This document shows positions 46,525-57,424 of a stretch of 64,000 nucleotides of DNA, piece after piece. The first letter of the stretch is position 1. Every line of letters starts with the position of its first letter. The stretch is from Patescibacteria group bacterium (GTDB lineage: Bacteria > Patescibacteriota > Patescibacteriia > SBBC01 > CAIJZX01). The translations under genes and the position numbers were made by a program. Under the pieces are notes generated by a model. That model was not told the origin of the DNA, searched no databases, and saw only the letters and a list, made by a program, of their open reading frames with translations. Location of the stretch: assembly GCA_038065275.1 (NCBI GenBank), contig JBBTRH010000005.1, positions 26,466 through 90,465 of the forward strand, read 5' to 3'.

Positions 46525-48615
46525 TCAGGCCCTAATCGTTGGTGCCTCGACCCTGAATCGGGGTAGTGACCATAACGCTAAGGCATAAAGCACGGCCACC
46601 ACGATGACGAGTGTTTGGTACCCGATAATAAGCGAGGTGTATTCCAGCACTCCGCCGACCATGGCTCCAATCAGGTTGGCCGCCATCGCGTCCGTTGAGG
46701 AATCGCTGGCTCGTAAACGCGAAGCAAAGATGCAATTCGCCAGAAAGATTGGCAGAAATGCAATTACGACCGCCATCATAAATCGCGGCACCACCGCATA
46801 ACTCAGCAACCACGCTTCCGGTACAACCCAGGCAATTGCCAGTGAGGCGAAGAGCGCGAGGTACCAAGGCAGATATCGTTTGATGGTTAATCGCCGCGCC
46901 AAGGTAACGGTCAGGAAGACGACCATCAAGATGCCGCCGAAAACCAGCGCGTTGACAAACCACGTGGTTCCGAACAAGAGCGCAAAGTGAACTACGTTTT
47001 TTGTTTCTAGGGCCATGAACGCCGCGCCCATCCAAAAAAGATCGGCGTAGGGAGATAAACGACGCCAAGTACCGCCGGTTAGGCGTACTGAAAAAAACGA
47101 CACGAGTAAGATGCCGGCAATCGCCAACAGATAAAATTTTGGAATTGATCGATAATGGAGGTACAGGAATGGATAGGTATCTGCCACCGGTTTGATTGAA
47201 GCTTCAGTTGCCACCCACGTCTCCGGACACGTCACCGGGCGATCAGGTTTCGCGACCGAAAGTACAGCGAAGTTATCTCCTTGACCCTTGGTCTCAACGC
47301 ACGGCGCCCGATGAAAGACCTGGTTCATGGTGGCTTCCAGCCGATCAATCAGCCACGGTTGGCGATAATAATTGTACATCGAGAACATCCCGCCCGGTTG
47401 AAGATGGCGAGCGACCGTGGCCACCGCTTCTTTAGTGAACATGTAACTTTCGAGGCGCAGTGACGACTGGCCAGCCACGAGCGTCAGTGAATCCGGGAGG
47501 GCAAAAATAATCAAGTCATACATTTCTTTCGTTCGTTCCAAATATGAACGACCGTCGTTGATATAGAGACTGACGCGAGAATCATCGTACGGACGATCAG
47601 GGTTTTTTTCCCGACCCAGCCGCGCGAGCACCGGATCAATCTCCACTGCATCAACATGCTCCACGCCTTGATTTAGAGCAACGGCCACATCTGTTCCGGT
47701 ACCGGCCCCGATAATTAAGACCTTCTTCGGCGGCATCGCGCCGTAGCGTTGATAAGGAATGGTGTAAAACGATTCGTATTGGCGTAGCAAAGCTAGCGGA
47801 GTGATCTGCTGATGCGGTATGCCATTAACTAAAAACAGCGTCGTGTCTTGGTCAATGCTCTGATCGTGATGCGTTTTGGTAGTGATTTTGTAGTACGGTG
47901 ACCACTGGGTATTTGATTGGAGCGACTCAAGGCCGAGAAATCCAACTATGGCCAGAATCGGCACCACCATCAATCGACGTTGCGGTCTGGTAGCGAGTAT
48001 CAGCAAACAGCCGCCGACAATCGCTCCCCACACGAATGGGGGCCAACCAAGAAAGGAAATACTGCTGAACACCGCGATACCAGCCAAACTCCCTAGCAAG
48101 TCCAATCGATACGCTTGGAGCGACGGTAATTGGGAAAATGCCTGAGCCAGCGTTTGTGCCAAGGTGGCAAATATCGCGGCCACGCAGACAAAAATAAATG
48201 GCAGTATTGCCCAGATAGGCAATCCAGTTAGTTTATCGCCGACGGCGCTAAAGAAGAGGAGGCTGGTCGAATCCCTGACAATTTGGACCGGGAAGAAGTA
48301 AACGATGGCCACAAACGAAACTAGAATGTACGGTACGAAAGTCAACAATGACCGGTACCGGCGCCAGAGAAAACCAAGCCCAATACCAAGGAAACTTCCT
48401 AACAAGATGAAATTGGTGAAGTAGGAAAGGTGAACAATATTTGCACCTGCCCAACGAATCAGCGATAACTCAAGAAACAGGATCAGGCCGCTGGTAAGAC
48501 TAACAATAAAACTCGGTCGCAACTGACGACCACCACCCGCCTCCGTTGACATCAATTTTTGTGGGGCTTGAATTTCCATACGCCCTATGATACTATGGCT
48601 CGGCTGAACTTTCAA
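46525..48615 (-). CDS. polytopic membrane protein with C-terminal spermidine-synthase-like (aminopropyltransferase/class I MTase) domain
   Basis: VLIIGAGTGTDVAV...VDAVEIDP...IIFALPD; >12 TM N-terminal. Confidence 0.6.
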   Translation of the reverse strand: MKVQPSHSIIGRMEIQAPQKLMSTEAGGGRQLRPSFIVSLTSGLILFLELSLIRWAGANIVHLSYFTNFILLGSFLGIGLGFLWRRYRSLLTFVPYILVSFVAIVYFFPVQIVRDSTSLLFFSAVGDKLTGLPIWAILPFIFVCVAAIFATLAQTLAQAFSQLPSLQAYRLDLLGSLAGIAVFSSISFLGWPPFVWGAIVGGCLLILATRPQRRLMVVPILAIVGFLGLESLQSNTQWSPYYKITTKTHHDQSIDQDTTLFLVNGIPHQQITPLALLRQYESFYTIPYQRYGAMPPKKVLIIGAGTGTDVAVALNQGVEHVDAVEIDPVLARLGREKNPDRPYDDSRVSLYINDGRSYLERTKEMYDLIIFALPDSLTLVAGQSSLRLESYMFTKEAVATVARHLQPGGMFSMYNYYRQPWLIDRLEATMNQVFHRAPCVETKGQGDNFAVLSVAKPDRPVTCPETWVATEASIKPVADTYPFLYLHYRSIPKFYLLAIAGILLVSFFSVRLTGGTWRRLSPYADLFWMGAAFMALETKNVVHFALLFGTTWFVNALVFGGILMVVFLTVTLARRLTIKRYLPWYLALFASLAIAWVVPEAWLLSYAVVPRFMMAVVIAFLPIFLANCIFASRLRASDSSTDAMAANLIGAMVGGVLEYTSLIIGYQTLVIVVAVLYALALWSLPRFRVEAPTIRA

Positions 48616-48633
48616 TCATTTAAGGTTTCAAAT

Positions 48634-48819
48634 ATGGCTCGAACTTGTACTGTCTGCGGACGCGGCGCGATGAACAGTCTGACCCGCAGTCACTCCAACA
48701 TCGCCACCAAAGTCAAGCAACACGTCAACCTGCAGACCGCCCTCCATGGAGGCAAACGCGTTAAGGCTTGCGCGTCTTGTATTCGCACCGAGACCAAAAG
48801 ATTGAAGGCAAAAACTTAA
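48634..48819 (+). CDS. rpmB: ribosomal protein L28
   Basis: ORF 48559..48819 trimmed to MARTCTVCGR...RSHSNIATK. Confidence 0.8.
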   Translation: MARTCTVCGRGAMNSLTRSHSNIATKVKQHVNLQTALHGGKRVKACASCIRTETKRLKAKT

Positions 48820-48863
48820 CCCCGCTTAACGTCAACATCCCAACCTGGCGAGGTGTTTTTCGT

Positions 48864-49895
48864 TTACGGCTTCAACACCCGCCACTCCAAGAACAAGAGC
48901 GCAAACCACCCGACCAACTGGACGTACCACAGGATCTGTTGAACCTGTTCGGCGCGGCGTTCGGTGGTAATAGTGAAATGACTGCTGGCCACCGAGGACA
49001 TGTCTTCCAGGCTGGCTAAAACCTGGCGGATGCTCTGGCGCCAGCGGTCGAGGTGGAGTTTCTTGCCCACTAAGGCGTACAGCTGACCGGCGTACCAGTC
49101 GCCGATCAGCTGGATGTCGCGTTCGGCGTGCTCGAATTCGGCGATCGACTGCGTCCGCAGGCGCATCAGTTCGGTCATCATTTTCCGCACTTCCCGCGCG
49201 GAGATTTTCGGCACGCGATGCAGGATGTCAACCATGGCGTCCAGCCGCTGATCGAGCAGTTGGTCGAGGCGGCGTAAACGCAGGAGGTTGACGTTGGCCA
49301 CTTCCAGGACATCGATTGTGTCCTGCCAATCGCGGTGGATGTCGAAAATGAAAGCGCCGTCCCAATCGATGATGGTTAAATCATCTTTGGCGTACTGTAA
49401 ACTCGATTCGTGCATCGTCTTGTCGATTTCCGTTTGGCTGAGCTCAACGTTTTCGCTCTTGAGCAGGGGCACGATGCGATCGCCGTGGGCAAAGAACCGG
49501 TGCGGATCGCCGCGGTAGTCGGCTACGCAATAACAAGTAAACTCTTCTTTAAAGTCCGCTTCGACCGCTTGTTTGAACAGCATCGTCTCGGCCGCGGCCA
49601 ACAAGTGATCTTTGAACGCTAAAACGTCGTCGGCCAAGAGATTGTCGTGTTCAGCGGCTGCCTCGACGATGTAGTTTTCCGGCGGGACGGCTTTAAGCGT
49701 TAACGTTACGGGCCGGTCGTCAATCTTCGTTTTGGCTTGCGACAATTGTTTATACTGCGGCAGGCGGCTGGCGTAGGTCGGAAAACTGCGGATCGTTTTT
49801 AGCGGCGTGACGCCTTGCGCCGAAACATCGGCCTGGCTCTGGCCGATGACGATGGCCACGATCGTACCGGGTAATTTTGTTTTCGCTTTGAGCAT
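48864..49895 (-). CDS. hypothetical protein with C-terminal TM helix (possibly RMD1/DUF155-like)
   Basis: 343 aa; weak recall only. Confidence 0.3.
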   Translation of the reverse strand: MLKAKTKLPGTIVAIVIGQSQADVSAQGVTPLKTIRSFPTYASRLPQYKQLSQAKTKIDDRPVTLTLKAVPPENYIVEAAAEHDNLLADDVLAFKDHLLAAAETMLFKQAVEADFKEEFTCYCVADYRGDPHRFFAHGDRIVPLLKSENVELSQTEIDKTMHESSLQYAKDDLTIIDWDGAFIFDIHRDWQDTIDVLEVANVNLLRLRRLDQLLDQRLDAMVDILHRVPKISAREVRKMMTELMRLRTQSIAEFEHAERDIQLIGDWYAGQLYALVGKKLHLDRWRQSIRQVLASLEDMSSVASSHFTITTERRAEQVQQILWYVQLVGWFALLFLEWRVLKP

Positions 49896-49901
49896 GACCG
49901 C

Positions 49902-50132
49902 CTATTCAGTTTTCAGCGGTGTCGGCAGTTTCTCCCACATCTCCTGGCCCTCAACGAATTCCTCATGTTTTCCTTCCGGCGTCCCGCTCAAACACGACAT
50001 GCACTCGCCGAAAATTTCACCGGGTTTATAACGGTGCTGGTAACCGCACGGCACACAGACGTAGTCCGCTTCTTCGGGCACGGTGTCGCCTTTGCTGAAT
50101 GGCTTTTCTATGAGGGTGTTGGTGTTTTCCAT
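49902..50132 (-). CDS. small zinc-ribbon protein
   Basis: CVPCG...CMSC. Confidence 0.4.
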   Translation of the reverse strand: MENTNTLIEKPFSKGDTVPEEADYVCVPCGYQHRYKPGEIFGECMSCLSGTPEGKHEEFVEGQEMWEKLPTPLKTE

Positions 50133-50164
50133 GTCGAAAGATTTAGGTTGAAAGTTATAAGTTA

Positions 50165-50689
50165 TCAGTTAATAGCTGGGGCTAGAACCAGCCGTGGTCC
50201 GGGAATAGTATGACGGTCAGCCACCTTTGAGGCGGCAAACGATTCCGGCTTGGTCCGGGCTTGGTACCCATGAGCGATAATCATCCCGACTAGCTCCTGG
50301 ATCATCTCCCGCGTCGGGCCGGCCTCGCCGACGTCGACGTGGATCTCGATGTTCCGGCGCAACAGCGGTTTGAGGTCGGCGATTGATTCCAGTCGTTGGG
50401 CCATGGCGATCGAGGCCAGCGCTTCGGCGTACATTCGGTCGCGGAGGGAGTGCAGTTTGGCTGACAGTCGGCGGCGCCAGAAGTAAATCCCGCCGTTGCC
50501 GACGCGGTGCAGGACGATGGCCGTCACCAGGTAGACCTGGCCGTCGCCGTTCGGCAACGAATCCGACCCGATGATCAACCGGTAATCGCGTTCGGTGTTC
50601 GACAGCACAAAACCGCGCATCCGCGTCACCAGTTGCGGTTGATCGATCTGGCCGTAGGTTGGACTGTTGTACTGTTCGGGTGAGCCCAT
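50165..50689 (-). CDS. hypothetical protein (174 aa)
   Basis: ORF only. Confidence 0.35.
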   Translation of the reverse strand: MGSPEQYNSPTYGQIDQPQLVTRMRGFVLSNTERDYRLIIGSDSLPNGDGQVYLVTAIVLHRVGNGGIYFWRRRLSAKLHSLRDRMYAEALASIAMAQRLESIADLKPLLRRNIEIHVDVGEAGPTREMIQELVGMIIAHGYQARTKPESFAASKVADRHTIPGPRLVLAPAIN

Positions 50690-50796
50690 CAGACGCGCTA
50701 CTTATTCACCGGAACCGCTAAAGGCCAGGATTCCGCATTGAAAATACAGTATAGCGTTTTCCTTACACTTTCGCAAATCAGGCTCGCCCCAACCGG

Positions 50797-50819
50797 CCCC
50801 CTCCTTAAGTGAGGAGGGG
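50797..50819. repeat. anti-SD/SD hairpin CCCCTCC-TTAAGTGA-GGAGGGG
   Basis: 7-bp stem. Confidence 0.5.
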
Positions 50820-50961
50820 TTAGGGGGTGGTGACGAAACTTGAGGCCTAGTAATTGTCGACCTCTGAGGTATCGCCAGAGAATATGTTCAGCCGGCGAAA
50901 GATCGTGGCGTAGTTGGCGACGTTGATCTTTGAGTTGTGGTAAATTGAAAACACGGCGCAT
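50800..50961 (-). pseudogene. DUF559 (very-short-patch-repair-like endonuclease domain) remnant
   Basis: QRRQLRHDLSPAEHILWRYLRGRQLLGLKFRHHPL matches DUF559 N-terminal block then diverges; flanked by two SD hairpins. Confidence 0.35.
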
Positions 50962-51032
50962 AGGTCGTTTGGGTGCGCCAAGCCATATCTGGAGGCTAGT
51001 GTTAATTAAACTTTTTGTCAACCACCCCTTCG

Positions 51033-51055
51033 CCCCTCCTTCCGCGAAGGAGGGG
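51033..51055. repeat. anti-SD/SD hairpin CCCCTCCTT-CCGCG-AAGGAGGGG
   Basis: 9-bp stem, just downstream of tgt stop. Confidence 0.55.
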
Positions 51056-51107
51056 GCCGGAAATCCAAACGTTACGCTGTTTAGCAAAGAGACGACATAT
51101 TATTTTG

Positions 51108-52310
51108 TTATAATTGCGTGCCGCCTACAATCGACGGACGACGCTTTTCAATGGCCGAGAGTTTCTTCTGTTTGAAATTTTGCCACCGCCCTTCAGCTAT
51201 CGCCGCGCGAATATCCCCCATCAACCGCATCATCATCCGCGTGTTATGGATGGCTAAGGCGCGACTGCCGCGATAGTCGTGCGCGCGGCACCACTGTTTA
51301 ATGTCCGCCGTGGACAGCCGCGTACAACTTGAACAGTCGCAATCGTTCACCAACGGACCGTCGCCTTGCTGACGGGCCAGCGGGACGATGTCAACGTAGT
51401 GGGTATCGGTCAGAACGTGCTGGTGACGCGCCCGGCGGACCGGTTCAACGCAGTCGAACAGGTCAACACCGCGATTGACCGCTAGGAGAATATCTTGAAT
51501 CCAGCCGATGCCGAGCAGGTGCCGCGGTTTTTCTTCCGGCAGGAACGGGACGACCCAGTCGAGCGTCTCCACCATTCGCTCTTGGCCGAAGGAGCCGCCG
51601 ATCCCGATACCGTCAAACGGCATCGCTCCAATGGCCCGCGCGCTCTCAGTTCGCAATGCCTCGAACGTTCCGCCCTGGACGATGCCGAACATCAACTGGT
51701 CAGTTCGCGTCCGCGCTTCGAGACAGCGCCGCGCCCAAGCGTGTGTCCGTTCCATCGCCTGTCGGTTATAAGTTTCGTCGTGAAGCGGCGAGGTGCATTC
51801 ATCAAAGGCAAAAATGATGTCCGCCCCGATCTCTTCCTGCCATTGCGTGGCAATTTCCGGAGTTAAACGCACTAATTCCCGTCCGTCGGAAAAAATCACC
51901 CCGTCTTCATCGATCGTCGCATGGGCAGTGGTCAACGCCTTGGTCTGGTGTGGTCGGGCATTGATCCCGCCGGCGACTTTTCCGATGCCATGGACCATTC
52001 CCCACCCCAAACTGAAGACCTGGAATCCGCCGGAATCGGTAGCCAGCGGATGGTGCCAGCCGATAAATTGATGGAGTCCGCCGGCCGCGGCGATCGCTTC
52101 GATGCCGTGCTGGCGGTTCAAGTGGTGCGTGTTACACATCAGCACCTCAGCCCCGCACTCCCGCACGTCATCCAGTGACAGCCCGTGGAATATCCCCCGC
52201 GTCGCCACCGGCATAAAGTTCGGCGTCGCGATATCGCCGTGCGCGGTGGTTAAAATACCGGTGCGGGCCCGTGAGTGCCGGGCGGAATGTTCAATGCGCC
52301 AGCCGGTCAT
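51108..52310 (-). CDS. tgt: queuine tRNA-ribosyltransferase
   Basis: TIM-barrel TGT motifs, C-terminal CxCxxC...H zinc site (CDCSSC). Confidence 0.85.
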   Translation of the reverse strand: MTGWRIEHSARHSRARTGILTTAHGDIATPNFMPVATRGIFHGLSLDDVRECGAEVLMCNTHHLNRQHGIEAIAAAGGLHQFIGWHHPLATDSGGFQVFSLGWGMVHGIGKVAGGINARPHQTKALTTAHATIDEDGVIFSDGRELVRLTPEIATQWQEEIGADIIFAFDECTSPLHDETYNRQAMERTHAWARRCLEARTRTDQLMFGIVQGGTFEALRTESARAIGAMPFDGIGIGGSFGQERMVETLDWVVPFLPEEKPRHLLGIGWIQDILLAVNRGVDLFDCVEPVRRARHQHVLTDTHYVDIVPLARQQGDGPLVNDCDCSSCTRLSTADIKQWCRAHDYRGSRALAIHNTRMMMRLMGDIRAAIAEGRWQNFKQKKLSAIEKRRPSIVGGTQL

Positions 52311-52352
52311 CGATCGTCATCGAGCATGTTTCCCGCCCGCCGGCAATTCTAA

Positions 52353-53669
52353 TCAGAATTTCGTCGCGTAATGATCCGCTTCGTGGGCCGGTCGTTCCTG
52401 ACGCCGCACCGGATGCGACGGGCGGTGGCCATGGTGCGGTGGTCGATGTCGCGGCGGTCGGTGGGACGGCGGGGAAACCAGCGGCTGGCGGCGGTGGATT
52501 GGATGAGGATAAAAGGTGGTTGGAGCTGGCAGTCGCCGGGCTGGCGCCAGAGTCGGCAGGGCGGAGATCGGCAACGCGACCCGGATCAGGCGTTCAATGT
52601 CCCGGACATCGCCGCGCTGGTCAAAGGTGGCGAAGGAAACTGCCCGGCCGGTGCGGCCGGCCCGCGCGGTCCGACCGATGCGATGGACATAGTCTTCCGG
52701 GTTGCTCGGCAAATCGTAGTTGACCACGAGTTCAATGCCAGAAACGTCAAGGCCGCGGGCGGCGATGTCGGTCGCGACCAGCACCCGGTATTTCCCCGAC
52801 TTGAATCCCTCCAGCGCCTCGCGCCGCTGGGCTAAACTGCGATTGGAGTGAATGTCGGCGGCGGTACAGCCCATGGTTTTGACCTGCCGTGCCAGCTTTT
52901 TGGCCCCGTACTTCGTTCGCGTGAAGACCAGGGCCGGGCCCGGGATTTGGTTGAGCAGTGTTTCGAGCAGTTGCGGCTTCGCTTCCTTGCCGATAAAAAA
53001 CAGCTCCTGGGTCACTTTGTCAACGGTCGTTCCCGAACGGGTGATTTCCACGCGAATCGGCAGATGCATGTGCCGCTGGGCGATGGCCACGATGGCGTTG
53101 GGCATGGTGGCCGAGAAGAGCATGGTCTGACGTTGACGCGGCACCACCTCCAGAATACGGTTAATCTGCGGCGCGAAGCCCATGTCCAACATCCGGTCGG
53201 CTTCATCAAGGACCAGGATGCGCACGTCTGACAAGTCAACGGTGCGCTGTTCGAGGTGGTCGATCAAGCGGCCCGGCGTCGCGATGATGATATGCGGTTT
53301 CCGCCGGAGCGCCTGGTGCTGGAGATACATCGAGGCGCCGCCGATCAGGACGGCCGTCCGCAGGCCGACGCTCCGACCGATAGCATGGAGCGACTCATCG
53401 ACCTGGATGGCCAATTCGCGGGTCGGCAACACGACTAAGCCGCGCCCCTTGATCTGGGCTAACCGCTGGATCATCGGGATGCCGAAAGCGAGCGTCTTGC
53501 CGGTGCCGGTTTGGGCCACGCCGATCAGGTCCTTGCCTTCGATCGCGACCGGAATCGAGCGGCGCTGGATGGGAGTCGGTTCGGTGAACTTCAGGCGCTC
53601 AACCGCGTCGAGGAGACTGGGAGCGATACCCAGACCGGAAAAATTAATAGATTCGGAGCTGGATGACAT
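52353..53669 (-). CDS. DEAD-box ATP-dependent RNA helicase with P/H/R-rich C-terminal tail
   Basis: Q-motif, AQTGTGKT, DEAD, SAT, HRIGRTARAG; start trimmed to MSSSSE. Confidence 0.85.
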   Translation of the reverse strand: MSSSSESINFSGLGIAPSLLDAVERLKFTEPTPIQRRSIPVAIEGKDLIGVAQTGTGKTLAFGIPMIQRLAQIKGRGLVVLPTRELAIQVDESLHAIGRSVGLRTAVLIGGASMYLQHQALRRKPHIIIATPGRLIDHLEQRTVDLSDVRILVLDEADRMLDMGFAPQINRILEVVPRQRQTMLFSATMPNAIVAIAQRHMHLPIRVEITRSGTTVDKVTQELFFIGKEAKPQLLETLLNQIPGPALVFTRTKYGAKKLARQVKTMGCTAADIHSNRSLAQRREALEGFKSGKYRVLVATDIAARGLDVSGIELVVNYDLPSNPEDYVHRIGRTARAGRTGRAVSFATFDQRGDVRDIERLIRVALPISALPTLAPARRLPAPTTFYPHPIHRRQPLVSPPSHRPPRHRPPHHGHRPSHPVRRQERPAHEADHYATKF

Positions 53670-54099
53670 GGGTGAAGTGTACCACGGCCACGGCGAAAGA
53701 GATACGCCTCGGGCTGGACAGTCCGACGCCTGGTGCGGTAGTGTGACAGTCGGAAACTTGAACCGGAGGGAAGATGACACAACGTCGTTCTGTTCGGAAG
53801 AAGCGTCGAGCCTCAACCAGGCCGGCGCCCCCCGTCCCCGACTTGCCGCCGGCCAGCGGCGTGGCTGATTCCGCCCAGGGACCGGAACGTCTGATGCCTA
53901 AACTGCCGGCGCCACCCAAGCGCCCCAAGCGCAAAACCCGAGGCCGTCCATGACCTCGGGTGTTTTTTTAGTTTGCGTAATTATCGGAGAATTATAGTTA
54001 ATAGCTAAATCTAGTTGCTGATTCTACTATACTGAGGCTCGATTATTGACTAATCTCATAAAAAACTCATGCGCATTAATAAATAATTACATTTCTAAA

Positions 54100-54612
54100 T
54101 TACGCTCCTGTTACGCGATAATGTATGCGCGCTACCGTTTCGCCCAGCGTTTTATTTTCTATTAGTCTCAGTTTCGGCATCGGCACGGCTACATCAAACA
54201 GCCGCTTCCCGCTCCCGAAGAACACCGCTTCGACATCGAGAATGATCTCATCGATCAGTCCGGCTTGCAGGAACACTGTATTGGCCGCCGTTCCTCCACC
54301 GAGCACCGCGGCGGTGAACCCTTGGCCCTTCAGCACCGCCATCGCCTCATCCGGCGTCTTGGCGAACATGGTTTTCCCATCCGGCGAACCGCTCCGCGAT
54401 TCGGACAGAACCACGGTAAACGGGCGACTGATCCGTTCAAACTCCCCGGCCGCCTTCATCATCTCGTACGTCCGCCGACCGACAATGAGATTTCCTTTAG
54501 ACTTCACGAACTCAGCGTAGGCCGTCCACTCCGTTTCCGACCACGGCGTTGAATCATCGTCGCGGGCGATGAAGCCGTCAATGCTGATCGCCATGTAGAG
54601 GGTGAGTTTCAT
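54100..54612 (-). CDS. dihydrofolate-reductase-like (RibD C-terminal domain) family protein
   Basis: 170 aa; GRRTYE, GGGTAAN blocks. Confidence 0.6.
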   Translation of the reverse strand: MKLTLYMAISIDGFIARDDDSTPWSETEWTAYAEFVKSKGNLIVGRRTYEMMKAAGEFERISRPFTVVLSESRSGSPDGKTMFAKTPDEAMAVLKGQGFTAAVLGGGTAANTVFLQAGLIDEIILDVEAVFFGSGKRLFDVAVPMPKLRLIENKTLGETVARIHYRVTGA

Positions 54613-54817
54613 GATCGCGAGGTAAGTTGTCGGTAGCGGCGTATCTTATGGGTTGGGGCGAACCGGCGTATGACAGTATTGTCCCATAGTCAGCAACAAC
54701 TTGACAACCGGCCGCCGCTATGCCACTATTCGCGGCTGTCAGTTCTGCCTGTAACTTTTGTTGATAATTCGCGTCCGTTGACAACTCGATAGCAACACAA
54801 CCGGAGGGGAGAGGTTT

Positions 54818-55558
54818 ATGGGCAAGCCATTTAAGGGCACGACCGAAGAAGGCTTGGCGCATTACCTGGCGAGCCTGCCGCGCGCGACGACTCGAGCCGG
54901 ACATCAGGCTCGGCAACCGATCATCGCCTATTGCCGTTGCACCACGTCGACCGTCCGGCGCTGGACGAAGGGCGAAATCAAGCCGCTGGGGCTGATGCTG
55001 GTCCGGGTACGGTATTTCCTGGCCAGCCAAGGCTACTGTGTCGTCGAGCTCGAAAGACTCGATCCTGCGGTCAGGAGACTCGGCCAATTGATCGCTGAAG
55101 AGGCGCTGACGGCGGATGAAGCACGGGTGGCACTGAAATATGAAGCCAACAACGTCATCCTGGAACTGCTTCACGGGCGGCGGCAACTGAACGACGTCCG
55201 CCAAGCAATACTCGTGTCACTGCTGGCTAGGCATCAATCGCATTCGGCTCCGCCGCCCGATGCAACTTCAGCGGCGACGGAATCATCGCCTCCGACCGTG
55301 CCGCCGACGACGGATGATTGCAAGACCTCCGTCATGGCGATGCTGGCCGGTTTTGTCCAGGGGGCGATACCGCTGGCCGAATTTGCGGCTTCCGATCGCT
55401 TTACTGACGCCGATCGAGAACGGCTCCGCCAGCTCTGCGGCGGCGGCGGAATGTTTCATCTGTCCAATCTGACCGCCGCGCTTTGCAGTGCGGACGCTCG
55501 TCAGGATCAGTTGGCAACCAGCCCGAACAATCGGGCGATACGAAGGAGAAATCAATGA
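54818..55558 (+). CDS. HTH-domain protein, first gene of GHKL cassette
   Basis: IIAYCRCTTSTVRRWTKGEI helix-turn-helix; stop overlaps next gene start (ATGA). Confidence 0.5.
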   Translation: MGKPFKGTTEEGLAHYLASLPRATTRAGHQARQPIIAYCRCTTSTVRRWTKGEIKPLGLMLVRVRYFLASQGYCVVELERLDPAVRRLGQLIAEEALTADEARVALKYEANNVILELLHGRRQLNDVRQAILVSLLARHQSHSAPPPDATSAATESSPPTVPPTTDDCKTSVMAMLAGFVQGAIPLAEFAASDRFTDADRERLRQLCGGGGMFHLSNLTAALCSADARQDQLATSPNNRAIRRRNQ

Positions 55559-57270
55559 AGAAGTCAGCCGATCGCAGCTTCGTCAGCGAAATCGCCGTTC
55601 ATCTCGGCGAAGCACTGCGGAGCGCCGCCATTCACTACGAAACGATCGCCGAGGTCGCGTATGAGGAGGTTCAGAATGCTCTGGACGCCGGCGCGCGAAC
55701 CATTCGGGTCGAGATCGACCTGCGCCGGATGTTCATGCGGGTCGCCGACAACGGTCGAGGGATGAGCCGCGAGCAGATGGAAGCGGCGCTACGCACCATC
55801 TACCGGTCCTTGAAATCCGGCGCGGCGCTGGGCGAAAAGGGCATCGGCATGATGGCGCCGATGGGGAAGAGCGATTATTTCACCATCACCACGACGCCGG
55901 AAGGTGGCGACGAATACCGCGTCTGGAGATTCGTGCCGGAAGAAATTTTCCGGGAGCGAGACAGTGCCAAGGTGCCGGCCGAGGTTTTGCCGGATCTTCG
56001 GTACAATCCGAAGACGTCCGACAACCATCCGACCGACCGCCGCTGGCGAACGGAAGTGATGATCGTCGGGCTGACTTCCGACCGTTCGCTCAGCCGCATG
56101 ACCATCGGCCAGGTGGCCGAGGTGATCAAGGGCCGCTACGGTGCCGCCATGCGTCGCCACCGCACGACTATCACCCTAAGAATCACCGATAAGCGCGGGC
56201 GATCGGAAACGACGACGTTCAACGCTCCGGATTTCGTCGGCCAGCCGCTTGGCAAGTGGCAAGGTTCCGACCTGCGCACCGAGACAGTCGAGTTCCGAAT
56301 GTTCTGGGTCGGGCGATCGCCGAAGGGCAAGCACGGCGAGCATCACGTCTACTTCCGCGAACAGGATCGCGATTACCGCTTGAAGTTCGAGGATTTCCTG
56401 CGGAATCTTAAGTCCTACCTGCGCGAGGACGTTGCCGCCTGTCTCGGCTCAGGCGAGTTCGAGGGTGAGATTTTCTATCCATCTTCGCTCGTTCTGCGCG
56501 ATGACCGGCTTGGCTTCCTGAAGAGCGACGCCCTGGACGGACTGTGCAAGATCATCGAGCGGTGGTACGACGAGATCGGCCAGCAGTATCTCGAGGAAGC
56601 CCGCACCAGTTCGTCTTTGCGCGAAGATCAGCGTCTATGCCGCGCCGCGCTGAGCCACCTGCGGCAGATGTTCGAACGGCCAGAATTCGCCGACTGCCGC
56701 GAGCTGGTGTCGTCGTTCGCCACCGGCTCAATCGGGGGCGGCCATTCACCGGTGGCGAAGGGGCGCGTCATCGGCCCCGACATCATGCCGTCGCTGACTG
56801 ATCATCCGGGACGTGGTCAGAAAACCGCTGACTCGGGCAATGGTCGAGCCGCGGCAGCGCGTTTCGAGCATCCCGGCCTGATTCACCTGGCTGCTTTGGG
56901 TCCGGAGGGGCAGAAGCGCCGGATCGTCAAGCATGGCAGTTTTTCGCTCCGGATATGTCCCGACCAGATGCAGTGGTCGGAGCGACGGGACCGGATGTGG
57001 GAGCTGGTGCCGGAACAGGGCATCATGTTCATCAATAACCGCCATCCGCGGTGGGCAGATTGCAAGGCGGCGCGTAACAGCGAGGCTGTCGTGAACCGGC
57101 TGGTGTCATTCATAGCTGTCAACGCCCTCCGGCTCCACGCCGTCAGGGACAGCGCCCACTATCCGGCCTTGATAGAGTTCTTCGACCGCTCGCTGGAACC
57201 GTACTGCATTTGCCTCCTCAGCGGCAACACGCCGGTCCCGAAAGCAACCAGAACGAAGAAGGCAAGGTAG
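55555..57270 (+). CDS. GHKL-superfamily (histidine-kinase/MutL/MORC-like) ATPase, 571 aa
   Basis: N-box EVQNALDAGA and G1-box VADNGRGMS of the Bergerat fold; RBS AGGAGA 6 nt upstream of ATG 55555. Confidence 0.6.
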   Translation: MKKSADRSFVSEIAVHLGEALRSAAIHYETIAEVAYEEVQNALDAGARTIRVEIDLRRMFMRVADNGRGMSREQMEAALRTIYRSLKSGAALGEKGIGMMAPMGKSDYFTITTTPEGGDEYRVWRFVPEEIFRERDSAKVPAEVLPDLRYNPKTSDNHPTDRRWRTEVMIVGLTSDRSLSRMTIGQVAEVIKGRYGAAMRRHRTTITLRITDKRGRSETTTFNAPDFVGQPLGKWQGSDLRTETVEFRMFWVGRSPKGKHGEHHVYFREQDRDYRLKFEDFLRNLKSYLREDVAACLGSGEFEGEIFYPSSLVLRDDRLGFLKSDALDGLCKIIERWYDEIGQQYLEEARTSSSLREDQRLCRAALSHLRQMFERPEFADCRELVSSFATGSIGGGHSPVAKGRVIGPDIMPSLTDHPGRGQKTADSGNGRAAAARFEHPGLIHLAALGPEGQKRRIVKHGSFSLRICPDQMQWSERRDRMWELVPEQGIMFINNRHPRWADCKAARNSEAVVNRLVSFIAVNALRLHAVRDSAHYPALIEFFDRSLEPYCICLLSGNTPVPKATRTKKAR

Positions 57271-57424
57271 TTGATGTTCCTTACCCCGATAGGCGACTAT
57301 CGGGGTTTTTCTTTGCAACTTGACAAAAATCACGGTTTCCCGCTAAGGTAGGCGCGGCTCACGTCGCACCTCCTAACCGATTTGCAGGCTGGAGCCGAGC
57401 CTCAAATCCCCAGCTGGAGGGTAT

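Noticed and set aside
50698-51087. 129-aa ORF as an intact gene
   Set aside because: Only about 45 residues match DUF559 and the rest is unrelated. It is flanked by hairpin repeats and is called a pseudogene remnant.
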